From assembly GCF_009914755.1 (NCBI RefSeq), contig NC_060935.1: a stretch of DNA of 64,000 bases; one strand, written 5' to 3'. A model generated the notes under the pieces. The model was not told where the DNA came from. It saw only the letters and a list, made by a program, of their open reading frames with translations, and made no database searches. Positions 30,908 through 44,654 of the stretch are shown piece after piece. Positions within the stretch are counted from its first letter, which is position 1. The number at the start of each line of letters is the position of its first letter. The position numbers and the translations under genes are program-made. The stretch comes from the human T2T-CHM13v2.0 reference genome, Homo sapiens.

Positions 30908-32426
30908 CTGGGAAAGAAAAAGAAATCCAGAAACCATACCATGCAATCCTGGTTTCCACTGGCCAGGCCAGGAGAGGGGGTGTTGGAGGGAAGTGGAGTG
31001 ACTGTCCCTCTTGAGGTTGGTTACAATTTAGAGGGAACCTTGGAGACCATCTGGTCTTAGAGTGTCACCCTGAAGCCATCCCTGAGAGGTGATAATTTCC
31101 TCATTATTAAAGGTCATTTGGAGGGAGCACCCAGAACCAGGCTTCCCAGCAGCCTCTGCAGATTTTCTGAGCAGGCACTGGGGAGTAAGCTCTGGTCTGG
31201 GGTCCAGGGCTGGGCTCTGAGCTGGGCCGGGCTACTGATCCCTGTGCAGCCTTGCTCACTCAGTCTCTGGGCTTGTTGGTTTTTCTCATTGACATCACGA
31301 GATAAAATACCCACTAAGCTCCCCTGTGGCTAAGAGTCTATAGTCTCTGACATGGCCTCTAATCCCTTGGGGATTGGAATGCCTGTTATGTGCTGGTCAG
31401 TGGGGAGAACGGGCATAGGAGGTTGCAAGAAGTGCAAAGCTCTATGTGAATGCTGAGTTTAATGAGGATATGGAAGACGATGTCAGGACCTTGGTTCTCT
31501 CCTCTGTAGAATGGGGTGGGCTGGGGTTGAATGAGGAGTTTGAGATTGTGTTTTCACATAGCAGTTTAGGCTGAAGGATACCTATGTCCTAGCTTGGTCC
31601 AACACGAGGACTAATCTCTACTTGCTAAGCAGACTGGAGCAGGGCACAGTTGTGATTTTTTATTCTTGGCGTCATGTTCTCATTGGTTTTGGTCAGCCAC
31701 GCGCCTCAGTTGACTCTGTCCAAAGGGCCGACTGAGAACAGGATGGGAGATTGAAGAGGGGCTCATTCCCCTCCTAGGCTGTGGAAGCCAACCTCTGACC
31801 TTGCTTCCCAGCAACCAGTGTCCCCAGGTTGCTAGGCCCTTAAATCCTACTGCAATACCTACGGAGCTGGATGGTGCTGAGGCCTTACAACCCCCTTCCA
31901 GCTCCTCTCCTCCATAAAACTGCCTTATTCTGTGTCCTGTTCTGCCAGAGTCAAAACCTATGGGGTAGTATAAGGCATACATGAGGTAATAACCCCCAGT
32001 CAACTGTAGAATTTATGATCTAAATGGAGACACTTTTGAGGATGAAAGGTAGTGCTATGGTAATAATAATTACTCTAGGATCACAGGCAGAAACGATGTC
32101 TCCTGGGCAAATGGGAGACAGTGTGAACTTTGATCACAATATATATATCTCCACAATCTACAATCCACATATCTGATTGAGAAACATTAAAAGAGGAATT
32201 TCAGAATGGAGTAGATTGGTGGAGTAGATAGTTTTACTGCTCAATATGGAACACTCCTGGCCTAGAGAGTGCTTGAAATCCCACCATTAAAGGTGGCATT
32301 GTGATTGCAGGAATTCCTTACAATAAGAAGAGGTAATGTATGACCTATTAAAAAGCAGTTGGCTTTTTTAGGTTTAGCCTATTAGTTTTGCACAGGGCCC
32401 TGGGGTAATAAAACCAGGGACAGGTT

Positions 32427-32723
32427 TGTTTTTTTTTTTTTTTTCAGGATTTTGCTCTTTTTGCCCAGGCTGGAGTGCAATGGTGCAATCTCGGCTCACT
32501 TGCAACCTCCACCTCCTGGGTTCAAGTGATTCTCATGCCTCAGCCTCCTGAGTAACTGGGATTATAGGCACGCACCACCATGCCTGTCTAATTTTGTATT
32601 TTTAGTAGAGACGGGGTTTCACCATGTTGGCCAGGCTTGTCTCGAATTCCTGACCTTAGATGATCTGCCTGCCTCAGCCTCCCAAAGTATTGGGATTACA
32701 GGCCTGAGCAACTGTGCCTGGCC
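32427..32723 (-). mobile_element. Alu (AluS-like)
   Basis: Antisense dimer. Confidence 0.9.
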
Positions 32724-33859
32724 AACAGGTATTTTTTGTTTGTTTGTTTTTTGATGCAACCATTGCCAGGGAAGAGAGGTGCTTGTGGTGGGAGATGCCA
32801 GCACAGGGGCTGCACAAGAGCATGGAGACAAATGAGGTTGACTTGACATTTGGCCAAGCTGGCATTGCCAAGCTGCATCTTTTTCCAGAATAAAATACAC
32901 CCCTCTCTGTGGCCCTAGGATTTTTGTGCGAGCCTGTTCCCTTGGGAGGATCCTAAATGGAGTCCCAAGCTCCTTCTTCTGGAGCCGTTGTGACTTGGTC
33001 AAACTTGTCCTCTTTCAGGGAGTGCCCACTCTGAGCACAGGACACAGATCCCAGCTCTTGGCAGGTCATTGTCACTGGAGTTTTGGCTCCCAGGGCCCCA
33101 GCCATGTAGTGCCCAAGGGCCACCATTCTTAGCTTTTCTGCCTTCAAGCGCTCATGATGGATGAGGATCAAGAGGAGGCCAAAGAATCACAGAGCAGGAG
33201 GGTCCTCTGTGGTTTTTCTGTGCAAACAAGAGTCGCTGTCATATCCTCCTCTTCAAGCAGGGGGCTATTAGACTACTTGATTATCTCCAGTGGTGGGGAT
33301 CGTCCTATCTCCTGTATCTTCTGAATTACCTTTTCAAAAGAAGGTACTAACCTTTAAAAAGATCCTTCTTAAAACTGAGCTGAGATAGGCTTCCTTTAAC
33401 ATCCTATAATATGCCTCTTGATTATATTAATGATGATGGAAAAACAGCTGCCATTTACTGCATTTCCATCTTCATATGCTGTTCTAGGTAATATTTCCCT
33501 GAATCCTCTCAAAAAGCCCATGGAGGTGTCATTATCCCATTGGACAGATGAGGCAGTGGGGATTCAGACAGGTTAAGCCACTCGCCAGAGGTTCCGTAGC
33601 TCGGAGTATTGGAGCCAGGGTTGGAACACAGGTCTTTCGGATCTCCAAGCCCTTGCTTTGTACTGACTTTCTGTGAATCAGCCCTGTTTGCTGTGTGACC
33701 TTGAGGAAGTCACTTAATGTCTCAGGATATCAGTTCCTTTATCTATGTGTGACTTTGAGACATTAGAGCTCGATGTTCTCAAAGAACCTTTCTGGATTGA
33801 AAAAATGTTCATCGACATTCTGCATGCAAAAGGCCTGTTGAAGAGTTAAATAATGCTAT

Positions 33860-33878
33860 TGGCGCCACCTTCTGGCCA
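33860..33878 (-). promoter_or_regulatory. Predicted CTCF binding site TGGCCAGAAGGTGGCGCCA
   Basis: Close match to CTCF core consensus TGGCCACCAGGGGGCGCTA; binding not shown. Confidence 0.6.
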
Positions 33879-34326
33879 CTTGATCCTTGACCATTAGGAA
33901 TGTGATGAAATGATAATTAGTTGGACTCCTGTAGAAAAGGGAAGGTAGTCTATTTAATTTTATTCCTCTTCTGCTTAATGAGAGATGAAGCACAAACCTC
34001 TTTTTTGTCCATCCTGTGTGGTTTCAAATCATTATGAATATACTGTATTATTATCAGCCTGGTGCCTGGGCAGTCCCTGAACGTGGTGTCCGTTTTTCTT
34101 TCTCTTTTTTTAAATGCACTCAATTTGCATTTTTGTAACTCGCTCCCTTTTCCCTAAAATCCCCAATTCTGGCATACTAGCTTCCAGTTATTGAAGGTTT
34201 GGATTAACGAGAACTCCAGTTAGTAAAATTTTGCTGTGCAAGTCACACGATGGGAAAGGACTTCTCAAAGTTGTTTGGTCCTAATCCTGGTCCCTCCCCT
34301 GGAGGTCTGGCCCTCTGAACACTGAC

Positions 34327-34560
34327 CTTGTGTGCGGATGTTCTGGAGGATGAAGTACAGGTACTCGCCGCAGAGGCCAGCTGCCTCGACGAACTCCTCC
34401 TGTGTCATGCTGCACAGCTGCAGGCCACTGATGTTGAAGTTGCAGAAGGAGATGCAATTGGTGTCCAACTTGTACTGGTCGCAGCAGAACTGGAGCCACT
34501 CCCACACATGGCGCTTAGTCCAGTATTCAGGGTGGACTGATGTCCAGTATGAGTCACAGG
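34327..34560 (-). CDS. ELF5: ELF5 Pointed (PNT/SAM) domain exon ([25 protein letters not shown]...[14 protein letters not shown])
   Basis: gtgcag|CC acceptor, G|gtcagt donor, 234 nt, phase 1-1; PNT motifs PEYWT, VWEWL, GEYLY. Confidence 0.97.
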
Positions 34561-36759
34561 CTGCACCAAAGGAGAAAGAAGTGAGGGACAACAGTCCCAA
34601 GACAGCCTTCGAGAGGGCCCCTGAAGGATGCATCAGTTAAGTAACATCCTCATTCCTCAGCCAATAAGTTGAAAGGGCCTCCAGCCCTGGGTGTTCTGCA
34701 GAGCCCAGGTCACCTTCTATTCTGCAGAGAAAACCAGAGGGACTGGATCCTACAGATGAACTTTGGCATCATAGAGGGAATGACAGGGGCAAGAAAGAAC
34801 CAGTCTTGGTGCTGATGCTCAAAAAAAAAGGCATTTAGTGGAGAAAGAAAGAAAACAGCCCTTCAGTTATTTGATTCCAGATAACATGATATCAAAAGCA
34901 CAAACTCAGCTGTTTGACAAGCTGGGTTGAAATTCTGATTCTACCACTTTCCGCTTGGCAAGGTCTGTGGACATTGAAGTCTCAGTTTCCTCATCTGTAA
35001 AATGGGGATAATATGCTCAATGCCCAGGACTATTATGGAGTTTGGGGTTAATGTATGTAGAATGGCACACAGAAACTTACCAACCAATTCAATAGTTACT
35101 AAATGCCTACCGTGTGTCAGAAACCATTTGAAGCTGGTTTTGATTCCCTATGCTTTAAAGGGCAGCTGCCCAATGCTGGCTATTTGTTTCTGCACAGTTA
35201 CTGGCAATCTTGTGCCAAGAACCTTGGGTTATTAGACATTGCCCAGAGTCTGACAGTCCTTGCGTCACCATAGTAGGCACCTCCAGAGGAAGGTGGTCAT
35301 GGGAGAGTTGGTTGTATTGTTGTTCTTGTGTTTTTGGTGGTGTTCAGAGTAATTTCTATCCTGAGATCAGAGCCCCCACTCCTTTAGAGGAGTCGTGTAC
35401 ATGCCTAGACAGTTGTGAGTGCCATCTGTCTGGGAGGCTGGCATGTGGCTCTGCCTGGCCCAGGGGTAGAGATTTGGTGTTCAACAGTTCTGTCCTTCTG
35501 TTCTTAGGAGAAATGGAAAGTGGGGTGGACATAAGGTATGGAAGAGGTGCGGTATTAGGTACTTGGTCAGGCTCTTTGACATAAACAATTATTGTATCTG
35601 CCATGGAAAACATTCATTCATTTATTCATTTCATTCAATAAATAAAAGCTTTAGTTTCCTTACTGGTAAAATTGGAATAATTACAGCACCTGTATCATAG
35701 TGCTGTTCTGCAGATTAAATGACTTAATATACATAAAAGTACCTGGAACAGAGCCTGGAGGATTTAAATGCTATTACAAACATTATTATTGAATATCTAC
35801 TATGTGTGCAGCCACACGTTGTATGTTAAGGATTCATGGTGGACAGGTTTGGTCCCCCGTCCCCCAGGAGATCACAGAAGAGGAACTTGAAAGTCATGAA
35901 GGACTTTCCCAAGAACCCACGCCAGCGTGTGGCAGAGCTGGATTTGAACCCTAGCCTGAACTTGAAAGCCATTGCTCTCCCCACACCACCATACCGGGTC
36001 AGCACAGAGCAGAGATGGAACGTGAAGAGTGGCTGAGGCACGGGGAAAGCTGGAGAGAACACAACACGAGGGCCTGAAAAGAAAGGCAGAGAGCAGAGAG
36101 TGGCTAAGGTGACGATGACAGAAAGGGTCCCTCACATGTTATACCCCACAGCAAATAGCAGTGGTGCGATTTGCAGCGTTTAAAGGTGAGTAGAACTCGC
36201 ACCATTGTCAGTTGCTGATGATTCCAGGCAGGAGGTGGGTCCTCTGCCTGTCAGGTGCTACTACTCACTCAGCACCCTCAGCCAACCGAGGCGCTACGCG
36301 TTCTTGTCGTCTCAAGTTTCTCAGGTCCCCTCAACAATCCTATCCAGTAGGTGTAATTGGGCTATTCCACAAAAAAGGAAATAGAGGCTCCCCTTAAAAC
36401 TCAAAGGTCTTCCAGAGATCTCTTTTACCACCGAAGGGTGGGTGGAGGGGCAGTTGATTTATTTTATTTAAAAATTTTCAGAATTTTATATGCATTAAGA
36501 TCAAAGCGTCAATATTGTGCCAGGGTGCTTGAGGCTGATGTCGTAGCCTCTACCTGGCAGATAGGAAGAGCCAGGGAGCCGGTGAGACCGATGACTCAGG
36601 TCTTGCTCACTGGCCACTGGCTGGAGCTGGCTTACCAGGCCCGTGGGGGCTCTTCAGGGCAGGCAGGGGTTCCTGGCAGAACAAGGGGCCATTCCTGAGT
36701 TCGGCCTGAGCTTTCATCTACTGATTTCTGGCTTTAGTAAACCTGAGGGGCCTTTTGGA

Positions 36760-37700
36760 CTTTACTGGCGTCCTGTGAGAGATGTTTATGAGCCTTGACA
36801 TTTTTCAGCTGCGGGCCCTGCCCTAGATGGCCATCGGTGTGCGGCCGTCGGAGGGCACAGTTGATTTCATGGAAAGGTTTCGCCAAGGCTCTGTTCCCGT
36901 TTCCCTCCCCTCCCCTCTCTGCTTCCACCCCCTTGTTATTTTCTTTGGCACTTGAAGAGGGCCATATTGTTTGCGGAAGCCAAGGGGGCCTCAAGGATTC
37001 GGAGAAACGCCCAGGCGGGGAGTCGGCCCCACACCGGGGAGGTGTTGCTGGCGCTGGCTCCCTGCTCCTCGGCGCTCCGCTTTGAAGCTCACCCACAGAG
37101 CGGCTTTGTGTGCGGCCTCGGCCCCTGGAGGGGAGCCAGAGCCCTGCGGAGGCTCCCTCTCCTCATCCGCAAGCTCCTTCCAAAGCCCCAGAACTGGGAG
37201 GAAAATGGCTGCTCTGGGTGCCATGGCAGGCCTCTTTTCCGGGGGTCCCATCCTCAGGACGGGAGGAGAGTGGCAGAGCGGAGGCTGCCCAGACGAGGGA
37301 CGCCGCTGTCAGCCCCTCCTCACCAGCCCCTCTCCTGCTCTTCTCTTTCAGGAGGCTCCACGGCCCAGAGTCTTCCCACAGCGACTTCTCTTTGGATGGA
37401 ACGTGGTCCCCATCTGCCTTCTCCTGAGGAATCTCTGCTCATCCTCACTCCCCCTCGCAGAGGTCTCTTCCTCCTCACTGAGTGCCCATCAGGCGTCCTC
37501 CTCATCCCTCCCCTCCAGACCTAGAGCTTTTGCTCGCCCTGAACCAGGAGTGCTTGGAGCCTGGCCTAGCCCACCACAGGCCTACCTCAGTGAGTGTGAC
37601 TGACTGACCAGGTGACTGACAGTCACTCTCTCCACTTTACACGTGAGGAGATTGCCGTTCCGGGGACTGACGGGACCCCTGTAAGGTCACGCGGCCTGTC
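36760..37700. promoter_or_regulatory. Intragenic GC/CpG-rich island-like segment in ELF5 intron
   Basis: Visible CpG excess relative to flanks, no repeat that I recognise; E-box CACGTG 37640-37645, AP-1 TGACTCA nearby at 36592-36598. Confidence 0.5.
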
Positions 37701-39656
37701 AGTAAAGGAGCTACTGAAGAGGGAAAAGTGGCATTTTCCCTCTTACCACGCCCCACTCTTCTTGGTTGAGGAGGACCAAGTTGGGCACACATCTCAAGAC
37801 TGACTAAAGCAAGATTTGGATGAAGGTAGATATGTGTAATTGTAATTATAAATAATGGATAAGCAGAGCCTGACTAGAAAAAATAAAAAATACAATCTAG
37901 CTTTGAAGAATCAGAAAGAGGATGGAGAGACTGAAGATGATAGTGTTTAGAACCTTAATGAAGACATGAAGAAGACCCTTTTGCTACTTGGAAGACATGA
38001 ACTCAGGGCAATCAAATAAGGGGTTATATACCCGCAGAATATATTATTTTTAATGGGTTGTGTTGTCTGGAAATGTAAAGTGTTTTTCTCAACGCTTCTA
38101 TCATTTATAAAATAATCTCAACATTTTGGGAAAGTTGAGCCATGAGGCCCTTCTGCCTATGTCGACCAGTAGACCATCATGGGCCTGGTAGGCTTGATCT
38201 GAATGCCCATAGGTCACTATTATTAAGCAGCAGGCTCTGCCAGCTCCTTTGAAGTCTGAAGTGGGTCAGGACACTTGTTTCAGGGCCAGCTGCATTGGAA
38301 GGAAGAATTGAACTAGAGGGAGTTTTCAGAAATTCTAGGGGAATTTTCACAAGTGATGCTATAATCTGAGATGCATTTAAATTCAGAAGGAGGACTTTAG
38401 CTTTCAGAGCTGGGTGGGTGCACCAGATGCCCGCAGGGTCAGCAGATAATGTCTATGCCTGAAGTGGCCCCATGTGGAGACAGTGGGGATTGGAAAGTTC
38501 ATGCCAAAGTGCACAATGGCTACCCGACCCCTTGCCTTGTGGAAAGGTGGGCCTTGTGTTGCCAGGACCAGATTGCTAACTGAAATCTCCTGATTTCTAT
38601 TTTCAAGTGTGGCAACTGGCTTGGTTTTTACAAAACACCACGGGAAGCCCAGTCAAAATGTCTTCATGGGCTGGATCACTCCTGGCCATCACTTTGTGAT
38701 GAACAATCTGACAGGCTTTTGGCCACTTGTCTCCTTCAAGATTATTGTTTGGAGTGGGCATGCTAAGACTTTGAAGGATTCTTTTATGGTTGAATAATAT
38801 TTTCTTCAAGTTAAAACTTATCTGGAAAAAAGCAACCCTGTTTTACTGGGAGTGGAGGTGAAGGTATTAGCTCCAGGAAGCTCCTTGAAAATCACTGTTC
38901 TCAAACTTGAAACCAGGATTCCTATATTTTGAATTCCCCTTCAAAGTTGAAAGGGCACATGGTCTCTCACACTTAGTGGTCCTGCCTCCTTGGACTCGTC
39001 TGCAAAATAAAAATAATAGGACCTACTTATCTGGGCTATTAAAAGGATTATGTAAATTAATACATGGAAAGTACTTAGAACAGGGCCAGGCATATGGCAA
39101 GTGCTCATTAAATATCATCCACTTATACTTGTCAATATTAGGGTTACCTCCTGGGCTTCCCGTGTCACCACTTTAATTACATTCCTTCAAACACTTCTAA
39201 TTTTTTTTTTTAATGTGTAAGCCAGCTGCTTTGTCCCTTTCTAGACCTTCGGTTTATTTTCTTCATAAAAAAATAGGAGTTATATTAGAAACCAAGCTTA
39301 GAAACCAAACCTAGCTAATTTGTCTTTGCATTGCCAGCCTGAGTTAGGTCCCTTAATGCTGCCATCTTTGGTTTAAAAGCTGGGGACACAGGCGAGTCTG
39401 TGTGACTTTGTAAAATTCTTAATCATCAGGACACACACAAGACTCAAGCTTCTGAAACTGAGCAGAGGAGAGGGTGATGGTGGTGGTGCTGTATCCCCAG
39501 GGTGCACAGAGCAGGTAATTGAAAGTCACATAATATTCATTATGCATCTTCAAGAGAAAGATCAGAGGGTGAGTCCATTAATCCCCCACTTCCTTCTTTG
39601 TTATAGATAACTGATGTCTTCTCAATCTTATGCAGTGTTCTTAAAAAATCATTTCC

Positions 39657-39952
<296 letters not shown>

Positions 39953-40094
39953 TCATTTCCAGACATGTCCTTTGGCCATCTCTTCCAAATGGATTGTTGT
40001 CCCTAAGCCCTTCCTATATAAAGATCCTGGAACCCACACTGTTCATTTTCTTGGAGCCTCACTCAAAGCAAAAATTTTGAGGGAAAATTTTGAT

Positions 40095-40391
40095 TTTTGG
40101 TTTTTTTGAGACAGGGTCTCACTCTGTCATCCGGGCTGGAGTGCAGTTGCTCGAACATGGCTCACCGCAGGCTCACCCTCCTGGGCTCAAGCAATCCTCC
40201 TGCCTCAGCCTCTTGAGTAGCTGGGACCGCAGTTGTGCAACACCATGCATGGCTAATTTTTTAATTTTGTAGGAACAGGGTCTCACCATTTTGCTCAGGC
40301 TGGTTGGTCTTGAACTCCTGGGCTCAGGCAATCCTCCTGCTTCAGCCTCCCAAATTGTTGGGATTTCAGGCATGAGCCACTGTGCCTGGCC
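40095..40391 (-). mobile_element. Alu (AluJ-like)
   Basis: Antisense dimer. Confidence 0.9.
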
Positions 40392-43300
40392 TGATTTTTA
40401 TATTACAACAAAATAGATATGCAGCAGAATGCAAAATTTGCAGGTTCTAAAAGAAGTTTGAGCTTAGAGCTTTCAGTTATGTCCCTCTGGAGCAGAACTT
40501 GATCTTTTTCCTCTGCTGATTGGGGAGCAGTGGTAAGAAAGTTTGTGAAGCTAGATGAACCTGCCAGCTACAGGAATTCTGTACAAGAATCCAATTCTTG
40601 TTCCCAGCCAATGAGCCTGTTGGAGTGGAAGGGACCTTCCAATGGAAGTCACAGGGTTGGGTGTGGCAACTGAGCCTGGGCTGTGGAGATGGACCTTCCT
40701 GATTTGAAATCTTGGCTCTTCAATGGATTAGCTGTGCAACTCTAACAAACTGTCCTAACCTCTCTGGACCTCAGTTTCCTTCACTGGTAAAATAAAAATA
40801 ACAATAGTACCTATATCTTAGGAGGTTTGTTGTGAAGAGGAAATGATGCAGGTAAAGAACTTAGCCTAGTATCTGAATGACAGTAAGTTTTCAGTATAAG
40901 TCACCTGTTATTGGTTATTATTTTGGGAATACATTTGTTCTCAGGGAAACGGGGCCTTCCTCAATCTAGCTGAGGAAAAACTACAGTAAAGCAAGCTCAG
41001 GGCTTGGCTGGGACAAGACAGACAGTCTGGGTCAGAGGAGGCCCGAGTTAGACAAACTTGGACCATAATTAGCATGATTTACTAGCATAGGGAGTTGGGA
41101 AAGTGTTTTGCCCGGGGCAGCACTGAAGAGAGGTGGTGAATGAACTGGATAGCAGGGGCACCATCAATTGCAGCTTTGTCACTGAAAGGAAGGACTTTAT
41201 GAGGGAAAACCTGAAATGATAAATGGCTTTCAAGTTTCCTCCCAGAGCCAGTCCAGCTCCATCCCATACCCCTTCCTGGCTTTCCAGCATAGCCTATGGA
41301 AAGAGACCATGAGATGGAAAAGTTAAGTCCAGTGCAGCATAGGAAACTGTATAGAGAAAACAGGAGAAGGGCTGGCTGCAAAGTAGCCATGGCCTTGGGA
41401 GCGTGGAGTTAGGAAGGGGCCAAGAGAGCCAAGCCCTGAGCAGTCCTGGGGCCATGGCCACCCAGAAGGCTCAGGTGCATGTCCACTGGGCTAGAGGTGG
41501 CCAACAGTGAGTCCTCCTGAGGTGTGGGCGCTGCCACAGGGCTCACCTCAGACTTTCAGATGATTTTGTATTTGTTGATCTGGTTTTGACTTAGAAGTTC
41601 TTAGATTCTTTCCTTTGTATCTGCTCTCAAGCTTCTGTACATAAAACATGAATCTTGCTTAGGAAAGCCCATGTGGGGATGCAGATGCCTCTTTCTCTGA
41701 CCAGTGGGTTTTGCACTTTTTTTTTTCTTACAAAAAGTGCTTTCTTCAAATAAAATCTCACATTGTGCAATAATATTATAGCTAACATATTTATTGAGCA
41801 CTTAGTATGTGCCCGTTATCATGCTAAATTATTTGTGCTTTCTCATGTTGTCCCTAACACAATGCTATGAAGTCCTCTGTCATGTTACCCATTTTACAAA
41901 GGGAGAAAGTAAGGCTCACGGGTGTGACCCTTTTCAAGCTCACGTAACCCGTAAGTGGCAGAGCTAGGAGTGGGTTATCTGGGTGTATTCTGGCTCCTGC
42001 AGCCCAGCCTCACTGTGCTCTACCGTCTTCAGAATTAAAGTGGAGAAGCATGCTTAGGGATGGAGGTGGACAGAGAAGGACTGAAGCCCCATCTTCTCAA
42101 CTGTCACTTCCACTCCCTTCTCTGGTGGTCCCTAAGGAACCTCTGGGAAACCCCTAAAGCCTCTCAGGAACCTCAGTTTAGAAACCTCTGCAGCTGACAA
42201 AGTATAAGCAAGATTCCAAAGCAAAGGAGGCGCTGCATGTGTGCGTGGCACATTGGCTGTCAGGGGAGGGGTGTTGGTCTGTGGAGGTTAAGGAAAGAAT
42301 TCCAGAAAGAAAGTAGTGGCAAGGCCAGGGTACTCAATGACTACTGGAGGATTGGCTACTGGAACTCGACTGGAGAAACCATCTTTTAAAAATATCATAT
42401 GCATGTGAACTACATGCAGCCTCCCCCCCAACCAACTCTCCCGCCCACTTGGATACATTTTCCAGTAGTCATCGTTCTTTACTTTGAAAAAGCCACAGGC
42501 AAGGCAGGGTAAGTTCATGAAATTCTAGAGTATTTTGCAATCTGGACTGTCCAACCTCCTGCCTGCAGTGCAGCCAAGCAGAAGTCCTGCTTCAAAGAGC
42601 AGGTCAGAATCCTTTGTGGTTACCACACCAGGGCACAGATTCAGCGGCACTCTGCTCAAGCCATTTGAAGGGTTTTTGAGAACAGCTGGTTTTCCTAAAT
42701 AGGCTGAGTATTCCACCCTTCCCTCTCCTAGACATCATTTGTCTAGAAGGCACATCATTTTTTTTTCTCCTTTTCCTTCCCTTCCCTCAGGTCTCAAATA
42801 TCTAAGCTGTTAAAAATTCTGAACTGAGAAGCTTGAGATGGAGTTTTGTTGTTATTTTTGTTCAATATGGACAATGAAGAGAGGAGAGGGAAGGCTGTTT
42901 TTCCACCCAACAGGGAGTGGTGAGGAGTTCTTGGCTAGGGTGAGCACTTCCCAAGTGCCAGGCACGTGACTAAACACTTCGTACACAAAATATCATTCAA
43001 TCTCCCCAACTCCAGGAGGCAGAGGAAAGCATATCTCAAAAAACTGGCTGCAGGTCACATGGCTGGTAAGTGGCAGTGCCTGCCCATGAACCTGGGTGAA
43101 CAGGAAGCTGCCACTGCAACAATCTTTAGGAGGGCCCAGAATTCCAGATAGTATTTCCTGGGAGGTGGGTAAGGACCTCAGGAGAGGTATCTCAGAGCCT
43201 GCTGGCCATGGAGCAGGGAAAGTTGGCTGAGCAGTGCCCAGAGGCAAAGCTGGCTGTCTCCTGACCCACCCCTGCCAGAGGGGGCTTTTGTAGAAACTCC

Positions 43301-44012
43301 AAATGGCTGCACCTCTCTGGGTGGCAACGTCCTTGTTGATAAAAGACAGAAGGCCCCTCCTGCTAATCCTCCCACCTGTGGAGGAGAGCAGGGGCTACAA
43401 GGCTCACCCGGTGCCCAGGCAGCTCCAAGAGAGGTGTTTACTCCAGGTGAACATTTCACACCCAACTTCGACCTTTTGGAGGTCAGTGATACTGAGCTTC
43501 CCCTGAAATCCCGAGGGCCGGTGGCTACTTGAAAGCCTGGCTCCATCCCTCAGGGAGCCTTAGGAACCTGGGCCAGTCTCGAAGGCTATTTTATTTTCAC
43601 TGGCCGCATGACTTGATGGGAATTTCTGTTTTCTCAGTGGGTGGTGGGAGGAGAAGGCTGTGTCTTCGATATTGCCTGATGCAGGAATCACAGAAGCTTC
43701 TGGAAGGGATCCTAGCAATGGCCTGGTCTAACCTTTCATGACGTTGATGGAAATGCGGAAGCCTCTGGCCAGAGAGCTGTGTCTGAATGTCTAAGACTTG
43801 GTTGGATTTAAGGAACTCTGGCAATGCCACTGGTGATCACTTCTGTTAACCTCATTCTTTAAAATTGTGGTAAAACATACATAATATAACACTTAATCAT
43901 TTTAACTTTTCTTAAGGGTACAGTTCAGTGGCATTAAGTACATTCACATTGTTGCACAGTCATCAGTGCTATTCACTTCCAGAATTTGTTCATTATCCCA
44001 AACTGAAACTAA

Positions 44013-44654
<642 letters not shown>

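Noticed and set aside
36952-37603. 190-aa and 210-aa + strand ORFs
   Set aside because: Non-ATG starts, low-complexity Pro/Ser/Arg/Leu composition expected from GC-rich DNA, no recognisable homology.
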